Shown piece by piece: positions 44,721-59,319 of a stretch of DNA of 64,000 nucleotides (its first letter is position 1; each line of letters begins with the position of its first letter). A program made the translations under genes and the position numbers. This stretch comes from an uncultured Deinococcaceae bacterium (GTDB lineage: Bacteria; Deinococcota; Deinococci; Deinococcales; Deinococcaceae): contig CAXULY010000016.1 in NCBI GenBank assembly GCA_964252075.1, positions 47,689 through 111,688 on the forward strand, read 5' to 3'. The notes below the pieces were generated by a model, which was not told the origin of the DNA, did not search any database, and saw nothing but the letters and a program-made list of their open reading frames with translations.

Positions 44721-44730
44721 TGTCTAGACA
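44721..44730. promoter_or_regulatory. perfect palindrome TGTCTAGACA upstream of chitinase, possible GntR (DasR/NagR-type) operator
   Basis: Palindrome in an AT-richer intergenic region; core resembles dre-type sites. Confidence 0.45.
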
Positions 44731-44866
44731 GAAAATAGATTTCGCCTCGACACCGCATACTGAAAAATGTTTTTCTGAGCCAGCGCCTTCAACCCAACGC
44801 ACCAAGGTGGTCTTCAACCGGCTCACCGTCCGCCCAGCGCGAACGGCACGTCGCCAGGGGGTATCT

Positions 44867-46231
<1,365 letters not shown>

Positions 46232-46241
46232 ACGCCGCGCG

Positions 46242-46274
46242 CGGCGGGCCGCCCTGAGGTGGGGCGGCCCGCCG
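46242..46274 (+). terminator. hairpin after chitinase
   Basis: CGGCGGGCCGCCC-7 nt-GGGCGGCCCGCCG followed by TTCT. Confidence 0.65.
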
Positions 46275-46290
46275 TTCTATCCTGTTCGGC

Positions 46291-47073
46291 ATGCGCCGCG
46301 CCTACCTGTTCGCCGACCCGGCCAGCCACTCCCGCTCGCCCGCCATGCACACTGCGGCGTTCGCGTGGGCGGGCATCGACGGGCACTACGAGGCGCGGCG
46401 CGTGCCGAGCGCGGACCTGGGCGCCGCCATCGCGGGTCTGCGCGCGCCGGACGTGCTGGGCGCGAACCTCAGCCTGCCGCACAAGGAAGCGGCGCTCGCG
46501 CACCTCGACGCGCTCACGCCCGCCGCGCGCGCCATCGGGGCGGTGAACACCATCGTGCAGGACGGCGGGCGCCTCACGGGCGACAACACGGACGCGCCGG
46601 GCCTCCTGCTGGCCCTCGCGGCCGCGGGCGACCCGGGCGGCCCCGCACTGGTGCTCGGCGCGGGCGGCGCGGCGCGCGCCGCCGTGTGGGCGCTGCTCGG
46701 GCAGCGCCGCGAGGTGTGGATCTGGAACCGCACGCGCGAGAAGGCGGACGCCCTCGCCGCGGACCTCGGCGCGCGCGCCAGTGACGTCCATGACCTGCCC
46801 TGGCGGGAGCTGGGCCTCCTCGTGAATGCCACGAGCGCGGGCCTGAGCGCACCGGACGCCTCGCCGCTCCCGCACGCGCCGGACCTCGCGCCGGGCGCGC
46901 TGGTGTACGACATGGTGTACCAGCCGCCCGAGACGCGCCTGATGCGCGAGGCGCGCGCGCTGGGCCTCCCCGCCGAGAACGGCCTGACCATGCTGGCGCA
47001 GCAGGCGCGCCTGGCCTTCGCGCTGTGGACGGGAGTGCAGGTGCCCGTCACGGTCTTTCTGAACGCCCTGTGA
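46291..47073 (+). CDS. aroE: shikimate dehydrogenase
   Basis: HSRSPAMH, NLSLPHK, GAVNT, NTD, GAGGAARA, YDMVY, GLTML..QA. Confidence 0.95.
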   Translation: MRRAYLFADPASHSRSPAMHTAAFAWAGIDGHYEARRVPSADLGAAIAGLRAPDVLGANLSLPHKEAALAHLDALTPAARAIGAVNTIVQDGGRLTGDNTDAPGLLLALAAAGDPGGPALVLGAGGAARAAVWALLGQRREVWIWNRTREKADALAADLGARASDVHDLPWRELGLLVNATSAGLSAPDASPLPHAPDLAPGALVYDMVYQPPETRLMREARALGLPAENGLTMLAQQARLAFALWTGVQVPVTVFLNAL

Positions 47074-47171
47074 TGCCCGCACCGTACACTGAGGGGAGCG
47101 GCGCCCCACCAGGAACACCTCCCTCCGGAACCCCCGGTTGAGGCGACCTGAGGCCCGCCGCACGCCCACCC

Positions 47172-50100
47172 ATGAGCCCCGACCTCGCGCCCCCCATGCC
47201 CGACGTGCCCGCCCGCGCCCGCCGCAGCCGGACGGCACCGCTGCTGTCCGCGCTGATCCTGCTGCTCACGGTGGTGTTCAGCGTGCTGCTGGCGGCCAGC
47301 GTGCACCAGCAGCAGCAGGCGCGCTTCGACCGCGAGGTGGCGGTGTACACCCGCGCCCTGCAGGAGCGCCTCACGGCCTACGTGGATGTGCTGCGCGCGG
47401 CGCGCGCCCTGAATTACGCGGCGGGCTCCACCAGCCAGGATGACTTCCGCCGGTTCGTGCTGAGCGTGGACCTCGGCTCACGCTACCCCGGCATCCAGCG
47501 GCTCGGGTGGGCGCGGTGGGTCAAGCGGGGCGAGGCGGACGGCTTCGTGCGCGAGCGGCGCGCCGAGGGGCAGGCGAACTTCACCCTGCAGCCGCCTGGC
47601 GCGCGCCCCGCCTACACCCCCGTGACGTACTTGGAGCCCCAGGAGGGCGCCCAGCAGGTGCTGGGGTACGACATGTACGCCGACGCCGTGCGCCGCCCCG
47701 CCATTGACCGCGCCATTGACAGCGGCACGTCGGCCGCCACGCCGGGCGTCAGCCTGCGGGCGGGCGGGCGCGGCGGCGCGGCGCGGCGCGGCTTCATCAT
47801 GTACCTGCCGGTGTACCGCGGCGGCGGGACGCCCGCCACGGTGGAGGCGCGACGCGCGGCGCTGGAGGGCCTCATGTACGCGCCCATCGGCATGGACGAC
47901 TTCCTGGCGGGCGTGTACCCGGCCTCGCGGCTCGGCGCGCTGCAGGTGCGCGTGAGCGACTCGGGCGCGCTGCTGAACACCGCGACGCCGCCCACCGACT
48001 TCACGCGCCGCACCACCCTGAGCGTCGCGGACCGCCAGTGGACCCTGGACTTCGGCGCGCCCAGCAGTTTCGGGCAGGACCGCGCCATCGCGCTGCCGTG
48101 GCTGACGGCGCTGCTCGGCGCGGCGATCGCGCTGCTGGTGTTCCGCACCACGCGCGCCCTGGAGGACGCCCGCACGCGCGCCGAGGACGCCCGCACGCGC
48201 CTCGCGGCGTCGCAGGCGAAACTCACGCGCGCGCAGGCGGAATTCGAGGCGGTCTTTCGCTCCATGCGCGACACCGCGGTCTTCACGGACACCGCGGGGC
48301 GCGTGCGGCTCGTGAACGACGCCGTGCGCCGCAGCTTCGGTCTGGAGCCGGCACAGCTGCTCGGTGAGCCGCTCGTGGCGCTGCGCCCCGTCGTGCCGGA
48401 GGGCGAAGGCGGGTCCTCGTACGCGCATTACCAGCGTCAGGACGGCACGCAGTTCCAGGCGGAAGTGCAGCGCTCCGAGGTGCGCGACGAGGGCGGGCAG
48501 CTGATCGGGCAACTGGAAGTGATCCGCGACGTGACGGAACGCCAGGAGGCCGAACGCGCGCGCCACGCGGCGGACCTGCGCTTCCGCGGGCTGCTGGAGG
48601 CCCTGCCGCAGTTCATCTGGACGGCCGACGCGCAGGGCCGCACCACCTCCTACAACCAGGGCTGGTACGACTACACTGGCCAGGCGCGCGGCGAGGCGCT
48701 GGGGGACGGCTGGCTGAGCGTGCTGCACCCCGACGACGCGGAGCCCACGGACGCCGCGTGGCGCCGCAGCTGGGCGGACCAGCTGCCCTACGAAGTCGAG
48801 TACCGCCTGCGCCGCCATGACGGTCAGTACCGCTGGTTCGTGAGTCGCGGCACGCCCATCCGCGACGGGCGCGGCGAGGTCATCGAATGGGTGGGCACCT
48901 GCACGGACATCCAGACGCGCATCGAGCAGGACCAGCAGCTGCGGCGCAGCGAGGCGCGCTCCCGGCACCTGCTCGCGAGCCTGCCGCAGATCGTGTGGGT
49001 GCTGGACGCGGCGGGCGAACTGACCTACGTGAACGACCGCTGGCATGAGCGCGTGCCGGATGCATACCGGCACGACGCGCTGGGCGCCGTGCTGCCCGAG
49101 GACCGCGCGGTGCTGCAGCAGGCCTGGGCGCTCGCCCGGCAGGACGGCTCATCCTTCACCGTGCAGTACCGCCTGCAACAGCGCGACGGCCGCCACCGGT
49201 ACTACCTGTCCAGCGGCCTGCCGCTCCTCGACGAGCGGGGCGAGGTGCGCGAATGGATTGTGACCAGCACCGACGTGGACAACCAGGTGTACGCCGAGAA
49301 CACCGCGCGCCTGCTCGCGGAGTTCAGCCGCGTGCTGAGCGCGCGCTTCGGGGACGGCCGCGACCTGGAGGGCGCCCTGCGGCTGCTCGCGCAGCCGTTC
49401 GCGTCCTCGGTGCTGCTGGCCCTGCCGGGCGCGACCAGCTTTCACTTCATGCTGGTCACCGCCCAGGCGGAGGATGAGCGGGCGCAGGAAGCGGTGCTGG
49501 ATCAGCTGACGGAAAGCGTCGCTTCGCTCGCCGCGAGCGTCATGGAGCACCGCGAGGCCCTCATGGTGGAGGACCGCCCCGCGCTGGAGGCGGTGAACCT
49601 GCAGGGCGTGCTGGCGCTGCCGGTCCTCACGCGCGGCGGCGAGGCGATCGCCGCGCTGGTCCTGAGCTTCCGGCAGCGGCCCGACGACCGCGACCTGGAG
49701 TTCGCGCGGGAAGCCGCCATCCGCCTGGGCCTCGCGCTGGAGAACGAGCAGCTGCTGGAGCAGGCGCAGGGCGCGCAGCGCCAGCTCACGGAACTCAACC
49801 AGACCCTGGAGGCGCGCGTGCAGGAACGCACGCAGGAACTGCAGGAAGCGAATCGTGAACTGGAGGCCTTCTCGTACTCGGTGTCGCACGACCTGCGCAC
49901 GCCCCTGAGGCACGTGGTGGGCTTCGCGGACCTGCTGCGAAAGGAAAGTGACGGCGCGCTGAGCGGCAAGTCGGAGCGTTACCTCACCATCATCAGTGAC
50001 GCCGCGCGCCGCATGAGTGGCCTCATCGACGACCTGCTGAACTTCTCCCGCATGGGCCGCCAGCCGCTGCGCGTGCAGGAGGTCGCGCTGGGCGCGCTGG

Positions 50101-50576
50101 TGGACGAGGCGCGCGCGGAACTCACGCCCGACACCGAGGGCCGCGAGGTGACGTGGAAGGTCGGGGCGCTCCCCACGGTGCGGGGCGATCCGGGCCTGCT
50201 GAAACTCGTCGTGCTGAACCTGCTCACCAACGCCCTCAAGTACAGCCGCAATAATGCGCACAGCGTGATTGAGGTTGACAGCAGGATTCAGGGGGGCGAG
50301 GTCGTGGTGTGGGTGCGCGACAACGGCGTGGGTTTCGACAGTCGCTTCGGTGAGCGGCTCTTCGGCGTGTTCCAGCGCCTGCACCGCCAGGAGGAATTCG
50401 AGGGAACCGGCATCGGCTTGGCGAACGTCCGGCGCATCGTGACGCGCCACGGGGGGCGCGTGTGGGCCGAGAGTGAACTCGGTCAGGGCGCCACCTTCTC
50501 CTTCAGCCTGCCCCTGAACGCCCCCGCCCTGGTGTCCGCGGGCGGCGAGCCGGGCAGTCAGGAGCAGCAGGCATGA
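47172..50576 (+). CDS. CHASE-PAS(x3)-GAF-like sensor histidine kinase
   Basis: TM-CHASE (YPGIQ, LGYDMY)-TM; PAS/PAC motifs (LHPDD, EYRLRRHDGQYRW); H-box FSYSVSHDLRTPLR; DNGVGF, GTGIGLA. Confidence 0.93.
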   Translation: MSPDLAPPMPDVPARARRSRTAPLLSALILLLTVVFSVLLAASVHQQQQARFDREVAVYTRALQERLTAYVDVLRAARALNYAAGSTSQDDFRRFVLSVDLGSRYPGIQRLGWARWVKRGEADGFVRERRAEGQANFTLQPPGARPAYTPVTYLEPQEGAQQVLGYDMYADAVRRPAIDRAIDSGTSAATPGVSLRAGGRGGAARRGFIMYLPVYRGGGTPATVEARRAALEGLMYAPIGMDDFLAGVYPASRLGALQVRVSDSGALLNTATPPTDFTRRTTLSVADRQWTLDFGAPSSFGQDRAIALPWLTALLGAAIALLVFRTTRALEDARTRAEDARTRLAASQAKLTRAQAEFEAVFRSMRDTAVFTDTAGRVRLVNDAVRRSFGLEPAQLLGEPLVALRPVVPEGEGGSSYAHYQRQDGTQFQAEVQRSEVRDEGGQLIGQLEVIRDVTERQEAERARHAADLRFRGLLEALPQFIWTADAQGRTTSYNQGWYDYTGQARGEALGDGWLSVLHPDDAEPTDAAWRRSWADQLPYEVEYRLRRHDGQYRWFVSRGTPIRDGRGEVIEWVGTCTDIQTRIEQDQQLRRSEARSRHLLASLPQIVWVLDAAGELTYVNDRWHERVPDAYRHDALGAVLPEDRAVLQQAWALARQDGSSFTVQYRLQQRDGRHRYYLSSGLPLLDERGEVREWIVTSTDVDNQVYAENTARLLAEFSRVLSARFGDGRDLEGALRLLAQPFASSVLLALPGATSFHFMLVTAQAEDERAQEAVLDQLTESVASLAASVMEHREALMVEDRPALEAVNLQGVLALPVLTRGGEAIAALVLSFRQRPDDRDLEFAREAAIRLGLALENEQLLEQAQGAQRQLTELNQTLEARVQERTQELQEANRELEAFSYSVSHDLRTPLRHVVGFADLLRKESDGALSGKSERYLTIISDAARRMSGLIDDLLNFSRMGRQPLRVQEVALGALVDEARAELTPDTEGREVTWKVGALPTVRGDPGLLKLVVLNLLTNALKYSRNNAHSVIEVDSRIQGGEVVVWVRDNGVGFDSRFGERLFGVFQRLHRQEEFEGTGIGLANVRRIVTRHGGRVWAESELGQGATFSFSLPLNAPALVSAGGEPGSQEQQA

Positions 50577-51787
50577 GCGCGCCCGACGCGCTCAGCCGCG
50601 CCGCCATCTGGCGCAACCTGGAGACCCTGGACCAGCTGCGGGTGCTGCACCTGGAGGACGACGAACTCGATCACCTGCTGGTGGTGTCGCAGCTGGAGCG
50701 CGGCAGCCTGCCGTGGCCGGTCGAGGTGCAGCGCGTGGACACCGAGGTGGCCTTTCGTGAGGCCCTGGAGGACATGCGCCCGCACATCGTGATCAGCGAT
50801 TACTCGCTGCCCGGGTACGACGGCGTGTCCGCCTACGAACTCGCGCGCGCCGCGGACGCGCACCTGCCGTTCATCATCGTGACGGGCGCCATGGGTGAGG
50901 AGGTCGCGGTGGAGACGCTGCGCTCCGGCGTCACCGATTACGTGCTCAAGCAGCGCCTGGAGCGCCTGGTGCCCGCCGTGCTGCGCGCGCTCTCCGAGGC
51001 GGGCGAGCGCGTGCGGCGCGAGCACGCGGAGTCCGAGGTGCGCGGCCTGAACGTCACGCTGCGCGCGCGACTCGCGGAAGTGGAGCGCCTGAACCGCATC
51101 GCCACCGAACAGCGCCTGAAGCTCGAGGAGACCGCGCACCAGCTCGCGGAGGCGCTGAACGCGCAGAAGACCTTCCTCGCGGAGACCAGCCACGAACTGC
51201 GCACGCCCCTCACGGCGCTGCTGGGGTACCTGCGCCGCGCGGAGCGCGAGTCGGGCGGCACGCAGACCCTCAAGGACGCCGTGCGCGTCACGGAGAACAT
51301 GACGCGCCTCGTGAACGACCTGCTGCAGCTCTCGCGCGGGGAGCTCGTGCAGTCCATCGAGCCGCACTTCGTACGGCTCTCCGACCTGCTCGCGGGCGTC
51401 GGGCGGGACTACGGCGTGCGCGTGGAGGCGCCCAGCGACCTGGAGGTCGTCGCGGACCCGCAGCGCCTCAGTCAGGTGTTCGTGAACCTCGTGACGAACG
51501 CCGTGCGCGTGTGCGGCTCGCAGGACATGGTGCACCTCCAGGCGCGCGTCGAGTCGCCGTTCGTGGTGGTGGACGTGATCGACCACGGCCCCGGCGTGCC
51601 GGACGACATCAAGCCGCGCATCTTCGACAAGTTCTACCGCGGGAAGGAGGCGGGCTCGGCGGGCCTTGGCCTCACCATCGCGCAGCAGGTCATGCAGGCG
51701 CACGGCGGGCGCATTGAGGTGGTGGACACGCCGGGCGGCGGCGCGACCTTCCGGGTGCGGCTCGCGGCGCTGGAGGACGATGAGTAA
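50573..51787 (+). CDS. hybrid receiver-histidine kinase
   Basis: REC (LEDD, SDYSLP, DYVLK) plus SHELRTPL, NLVTNA, DHGPGV, GLGL. Confidence 0.92.
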   Translation: MSAPDALSRAAIWRNLETLDQLRVLHLEDDELDHLLVVSQLERGSLPWPVEVQRVDTEVAFREALEDMRPHIVISDYSLPGYDGVSAYELARAADAHLPFIIVTGAMGEEVAVETLRSGVTDYVLKQRLERLVPAVLRALSEAGERVRREHAESEVRGLNVTLRARLAEVERLNRIATEQRLKLEETAHQLAEALNAQKTFLAETSHELRTPLTALLGYLRRAERESGGTQTLKDAVRVTENMTRLVNDLLQLSRGELVQSIEPHFVRLSDLLAGVGRDYGVRVEAPSDLEVVADPQRLSQVFVNLVTNAVRVCGSQDMVHLQARVESPFVVVDVIDHGPGVPDDIKPRIFDKFYRGKEAGSAGLGLTIAQQVMQAHGGRIEVVDTPGGGATFRVRLAALEDDE

Positions 51788-52139
51788 GCCGCAGGTGCAG
51801 GTGCAGGTCTTCGGCCTGAAGAAGTCCTCCGCGACGCGCGCCGCGGAGCGCTTCTTCGCGGAACGGCGCGTGAAGGTGCACTTCGTGGACCTCGCGCAGC
51901 GCCCCATCGCGAAGGGCGAATTGACGCGCTTCACCCAGAAGTTCGGCCTGACCGCCCTGCTGGACACCGAGAGCAAGACCTACGAGCGCCTGGGCCTCGC
52001 GTACCTGCGCCTCAGCGAGGACAGCTACGTGGGCCGCGTGATCGAGCACCCGGAGCTTTTGCGTCTGCCGCTGGTGCGCGCCGGGAACAAGCTGAGCTTC
52101 GGGTCGGACGCCGCCGCGTGGGCGGGCATGCTGGACTGA
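51780..52139 (+). CDS. ArsC/Spx/MgsR family protein
   Basis: ATRAAERFF, HPELLRLPLV; no cysteine. Confidence 0.8.
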   Translation: MSKPQVQVQVFGLKKSSATRAAERFFAERRVKVHFVDLAQRPIAKGELTRFTQKFGLTALLDTESKTYERLGLAYLRLSEDSYVGRVIEHPELLRLPLVRAGNKLSFGSDAAAWAGMLD

Positions 52140-52171
52140 CCGCGCCGCGGGGCGCGTGCTAGCGTGGCCGC

Positions 52172-53245
<1,074 letters not shown>

Positions 53246-53393
53246 AGGCCCGCTCAAGGGCGCGCCCCTGTGGCGCGCCCCGCTTTCTGCGCGCTGGGCG
53301 CGGGCACGCGCGTTTTTTCCTGACGGCGCGCGTCATGAGGAGCGCGTCAGCTGAGGTCAGGGACGCATCAAGTGCGGCGCGCACACTGCAGCC

Positions 53394-54260
53394 ATGAAGA
53401 AGATCCTGATTCCCCTGACGGCCCTGCTCGCCACGGCGGCGGGCGCGGCGCCCAAGATCACCCCCCAGAGCATCGTCGTGAACCCGCTGCCCGCGAACGT
53501 CGCGGTGAACGTCTGGACCGACCGCGACGCGAGCGGCCAGGGCACCCCGAACTACGCGGTGGGTGACAAGATCCGCATCTACACCAGCGTCAGCCAGGAC
53601 GCCTACGTCTACCTCTTCAACGTGAACCCCAACGGGTCCATCGACCAGATCCTCCCGAACCGCCTGGGCGGCGACAACTTCGTGAAGGCCAACACCGTGA
53701 AGGTCTTCCCGGACAGCAACGCGAACTTCACCTTCGACATCGCCGCGCCGTACGGCGTGAACAAGGTGCTGGCGCTGGCCAGCCAGACCCAGCTGAACCT
53801 CGACCAGATCAGCAGCTTCACGACCGGCGGGCAGTTCGCGCAGGTGAACGTGCAGGGCCAGCAGCAGCTCGCGCAGGCGCTCAGCATCGTGGTGAACCCC
53901 ATCCCGCAGAACAGCTGGATCACCGACACCGCGCAGTACAACGTGGTGCCCGGCGTGGCGGCCACGCAGCCCCGCCCCACCCCCGTGCGTCCCACGCCCG
54001 CGCCGCCCGTCGTGACGTACCCCACGCCCGACTGGAACCAGACGAACCGCTGGGATTACAGCTTCACCGGCAACAACAGCCTGAGCAGCGTGTACAACTT
54101 CTACGTGAACCAGCTCTCCCGCCAGGGCTACCGCCTGACGGACAGCCGCCAGCGTGGCAACCAGGTGACGGCGCGCTTCGTGAAGGGCGGCGGTGAGGCC
54201 ACCCTGAACGTCAAGCAGACCGGCAGCCGCTTCCAGGTGCGCATCGAGCGCCGCAGCTAA
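53394..54260 (+). CDS. secreted DUF4384-domain (S-layer-like) protein
   Basis: Signal peptide, [27 protein letters not shown]; Pro/Thr linker then small C-terminal domain. Confidence 0.8.
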   Translation: MKKILIPLTALLATAAGAAPKITPQSIVVNPLPANVAVNVWTDRDASGQGTPNYAVGDKIRIYTSVSQDAYVYLFNVNPNGSIDQILPNRLGGDNFVKANTVKVFPDSNANFTFDIAAPYGVNKVLALASQTQLNLDQISSFTTGGQFAQVNVQGQQQLAQALSIVVNPIPQNSWITDTAQYNVVPGVAATQPRPTPVRPTPAPPVVTYPTPDWNQTNRWDYSFTGNNSLSSVYNFYVNQLSRQGYRLTDSRQRGNQVTARFVKGGGEATLNVKQTGSRFQVRIERRS

Positions 54261-54276
54261 ACTCCCTCCGTGCCGT

Positions 54277-54309
54277 CAGGCCCCCCGGATGTTTCCTCCG
54301 GGGGGCCTG
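54277..54309. terminator. hairpin between convergent genes
   Basis: CAGGCCCCCCGGA-7 nt-TCCGGGGGGCCTG. Confidence 0.7.
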
Positions 54310-54328
54310 TGCCGTTGCGCGCCGGGCG

Positions 54329-56002
54329 TCAGTCCACGACTTTGAAGCCCAGCTTGTCCGCCTGCTCCACGAAGTAATTGATGTTCTCCGTGAGGGTCTG
54401 CGCGCCCAGGCTCTTGCGGTCGTGCGCGTCGTTGATCGCGATGATCATGGTCTCCGCGAGGCACGCGGGCACCGCGCCCTCCCCGAAGTGCATGTCGATC
54501 AGGGTGTGCATGTTGCCGGGCGGGCGCACCACGCCGCCCGGAATCAGGCGCACGCCGGGCAGCGCCGCCACGCTCTCGTGCACGTCCGCCGGGCGGCCCT
54601 CGTCGAACAGCCAGGCGCCGGGCTTCACGTGCTCCGGGAAGATCACGGGGTTCGGGTCGCTCGTCGCGGTGAACACCAGGTCCGCCTCGCGGATCGCGCC
54701 GACGTCCGTGGTGGTCATGATGTCCGTGCCCGGGTTCGCGCGGCGCAGGGTGTTCGCGCTGCGCTCCAGGCGCGTGAGGTCGCGCCCCACCATGATGACC
54801 TTGCGCACCTGCGGCGCGATGGTGCGCGCGATGCCGAAGGCCACCACGCCGTTCGCGCCGACCACCGCCGCGACCGCCTGCGACAGGTCGCGGCTCTCCG
54901 CCTTGAAGTGCGTGAGGATGGCGGGAATGGCGGCCTTGATGGTGCCGGAGGTGTACGCCCCGCCGTTCGTGACGGTGATGCCCGGCACGGCGTCCTGCAC
55001 GTCCTGCCCCTTGTTCCCCACGGTGCTCCAGAACGCGCCCAGCCCGAACACGCTCGCGCCGAGTTCCTGCGCGAGGCGCGCGCCCTCGATGGCGCGTCGC
55101 GTCGCGAGGTCCGGCTTGTCGCGGAACACCTCCGGCAGGATGGGGCAGGAGATGATGTACGTCAGGAGCTCCCGCCCGTCGTTCGTGCGCACGCCCCGCA
55201 ACTCCGCCATCTTCATGGGGCGCAGGTTCTCCGCGAGCTGCCGCACGCTCTTCTCACTCACCACGCCGCGCTCCACCAGCGGCCGCATCCAGGCGAAGCG
55301 CCCCGTCTGCCAGAAGTCCTCGATGCTCAGGGGGTGCACCATGAACGCCGCGACCATCTGGTTCGGGCGGCGGCCCTGCACGGGCACGTCCTCGCCGAGG
55401 CGCGGCTCGGTGTGGTCCAGCACGCGCCCCAGGTTCTCCTTGAAGCGCCACGCGGCGAGCGCCAGCAGCACCCATGCGGCGAGCGTCGCGGCGGGCCCCA
55501 GCCCGCTGAGCGTCACGGCCACCGCGAACACCAGCAGGCCCGCCACTGTCGCGACCGCCGAGAAGCCCGTGAAGCCCAGCACCAGCGCCCACACCACCAG
55601 CGGCACGATGGTGGACCACAACCCCAGCGCGCCCACCACGTTCAGGCCCGCCAGCACGCCCAGCAGCAGCAGGTTCCCGCGCCCGCGCGGCGGGAGGTCC
55701 CCGAACAGGAAGCGCGGCGGGTACAGGTGCCCGGCGTACGCCGCGAGGCCTGCCAGCACGCACAGCGCCGGGCTGCCCAGGCTGGAGGTCATGAGGACCG
55801 CCACGAAGCCCTTCGCGGCGTCCAGCACGGACGTGGTGATGGCGGGACCCAGACCGACGCGCCGCACGACGTTCTCGACGCCCACGTTGTACGCGGACCA
55901 CATGCGGGCGTTCACGCCCAGCCGCAGCAGGAACCAGTACCCCAGGGGGAGACTCCCCACGGCGTAGGCGAGCGCGAGGAGCACCAGGCTCAGAAACAAC
56001 AT
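54329..56002 (-). CDS. fusion: PlsY-like membrane domain plus acyl-ACP reductase-like domain
   Basis: N-term AYAVGSLPLG, LDAAKG, GHLYP; C-term AFMVHPL, GLGAFWS, VTNG, VVGANG, DEGRPADV, GGVV, ACLAETM. Confidence 0.78.
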   Translation of the reverse strand: MLFLSLVLLALAYAVGSLPLGYWFLLRLGVNARMWSAYNVGVENVVRRVGLGPAITTSVLDAAKGFVAVLMTSSLGSPALCVLAGLAAYAGHLYPPRFLFGDLPPRGRGNLLLLGVLAGLNVVGALGLWSTIVPLVVWALVLGFTGFSAVATVAGLLVFAVAVTLSGLGPAATLAAWVLLALAAWRFKENLGRVLDHTEPRLGEDVPVQGRRPNQMVAAFMVHPLSIEDFWQTGRFAWMRPLVERGVVSEKSVRQLAENLRPMKMAELRGVRTNDGRELLTYIISCPILPEVFRDKPDLATRRAIEGARLAQELGASVFGLGAFWSTVGNKGQDVQDAVPGITVTNGGAYTSGTIKAAIPAILTHFKAESRDLSQAVAAVVGANGVVAFGIARTIAPQVRKVIMVGRDLTRLERSANTLRRANPGTDIMTTTDVGAIREADLVFTATSDPNPVIFPEHVKPGAWLFDEGRPADVHESVAALPGVRLIPGGVVRPPGNMHTLIDMHFGEGAVPACLAETMIIAINDAHDRKSLGAQTLTENINYFVEQADKLGFKVVD

Positions 56003-56069
56003 GAGGGGATTCTACAGCGGAGGTCCGGGTGATTCGGGCGCGGCCCCCCAATCACCCGGACGGGGGCGC

Positions 56070-58124
<2,055 letters not shown>

Positions 58125-58235
58125 CTGCGCGTTCTACCACCCGCAGCCCGCAAAAGCTATGAGCCGGTCTGCCAAACGTGCCGCGCGGCACGCGAAAGGG
58201 CGCCCCAGTGCGGGACGCCCCCCTGCGCGCGGCCC

Positions 58236-58703
58236 TCAGGACTTGCTGGGCACCACCTCGATGCGCTCGACCTGCGCGCCCTCCACGCGCGTGAGGCGCG
58301 GCGCGCTGGCGCGCTCGTCGGCGCGCTGGGTGATGTTGTCCGCGAGGCGCTCCAGCTGCGGCGCCAGGATGCGGTCGCGCAGCACCTTGAAGCCCACCGT
58401 GACGATCAGGCCGGTGAGGGCGTTCCCGATGCCGCCGCCCTTCTTCGCGACTTTTGTCTGCGCTTTCGCGAAGGCCTTCTGCTCTTTCATGGTGCTGTTC
58501 GCGTCCACGTACACGCGCCGCGTGCGGCGGAAGCGCAGGCCCAGCAGCAGGCCGAGCGCCACGCCCACGCCGCTCGCGCCGCCCAGCATCTTCAGGGGGT
58601 CCTTCTGCATCTGCACCTGCAGGCTCGCCTGGTCCGCGAGCTGGTCCACCGCGCGGCTCAGGCGCTCGCGCTGCTGGCGGCGTTCGTTCTGCGGCGAGGT
58701 CAC
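58236..58703 (-). CDS. hypothetical membrane protein (DUF3618-like)
   Basis: RERLSRAVDQL N-terminus, central TM; GTGA overlap with upstream gene. Confidence 0.65.
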   Translation of the reverse strand: MTSPQNERRQQRERLSRAVDQLADQASLQVQMQKDPLKMLGGASGVGVALGLLLGLRFRRTRRVYVDANSTMKEQKAFAKAQTKVAKKGGGIGNALTGLIVTVGFKVLRDRILAPQLERLADNITQRADERASAPRLTRVEGAQVERIEVVPSKS

Positions 58704-59218
58704 TTCTGGTCCTCCTGGTAGGTGGGTTTGGTGCTCACGGGGATGCCCGCCTGCTCGGCCTTCTTGTCGAGGTTCGTCTGGGCTTTCTCCAGCTTCTGCT
58801 CGGCCTTGTCCACCTGCTTCTCCGCCGACTCCACCTTCTTCTCGGCGCTCTGGTACGCCTCCTGCCGCAGCTGCGACGGCGAGGCGTTGTCGTCCCTCAC
58901 CTCGGCGGTCAGCATGCGCGCGCCCATGAGCGCCACGACCGCCGCGACGATCAGGCTCACCACGCACAGGATCAGCGCGGCCGCCCAGGCGCCCAGGCCC
59001 AGGCGCATCAGGCCGTAGAAGAAGAACAGGATCAGGAAGATCAGGCCCAACGTGAGCGGCGTGAGCGCTGCCAGCAGCAGCACCACGCCCATGCCTTTGG
59101 CCCGCACGATCTTCCCGACGCGCCGCGTGATGAGGGTGATCTCGGTCTTGACGAGATCCAGGGCGGCGTCGAACACCTCGACGATGGCCTGGCCTAAGGT
59201 TTTCGGCGTGTCATTCAT
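58700..59218 (-). CDS. YqjE-like 'phage holin family' membrane protein
   Basis: LVKTEI followed by two TMs, WAAALI; C-terminal coiled coil. Confidence 0.75.
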   Translation of the reverse strand: MNDTPKTLGQAIVEVFDAALDLVKTEITLITRRVGKIVRAKGMGVVLLLAALTPLTLGLIFLILFFFYGLMRLGLGAWAAALILCVVSLIVAAVVALMGARMLTAEVRDDNASPSQLRQEAYQSAEKKVESAEKQVDKAEQKLEKAQTNLDKKAEQAGIPVSTKPTYQEDQK

Positions 59219-59319
59219 GAAGAGAAGCCTTCCTGCGACGGGGGGAGGGGAAGGACATGGTCCACATGCGCATCAGCATAATGGCTGTCATGAGCCCTGC
59301 CTCTCATCGTCAAGGTTGG

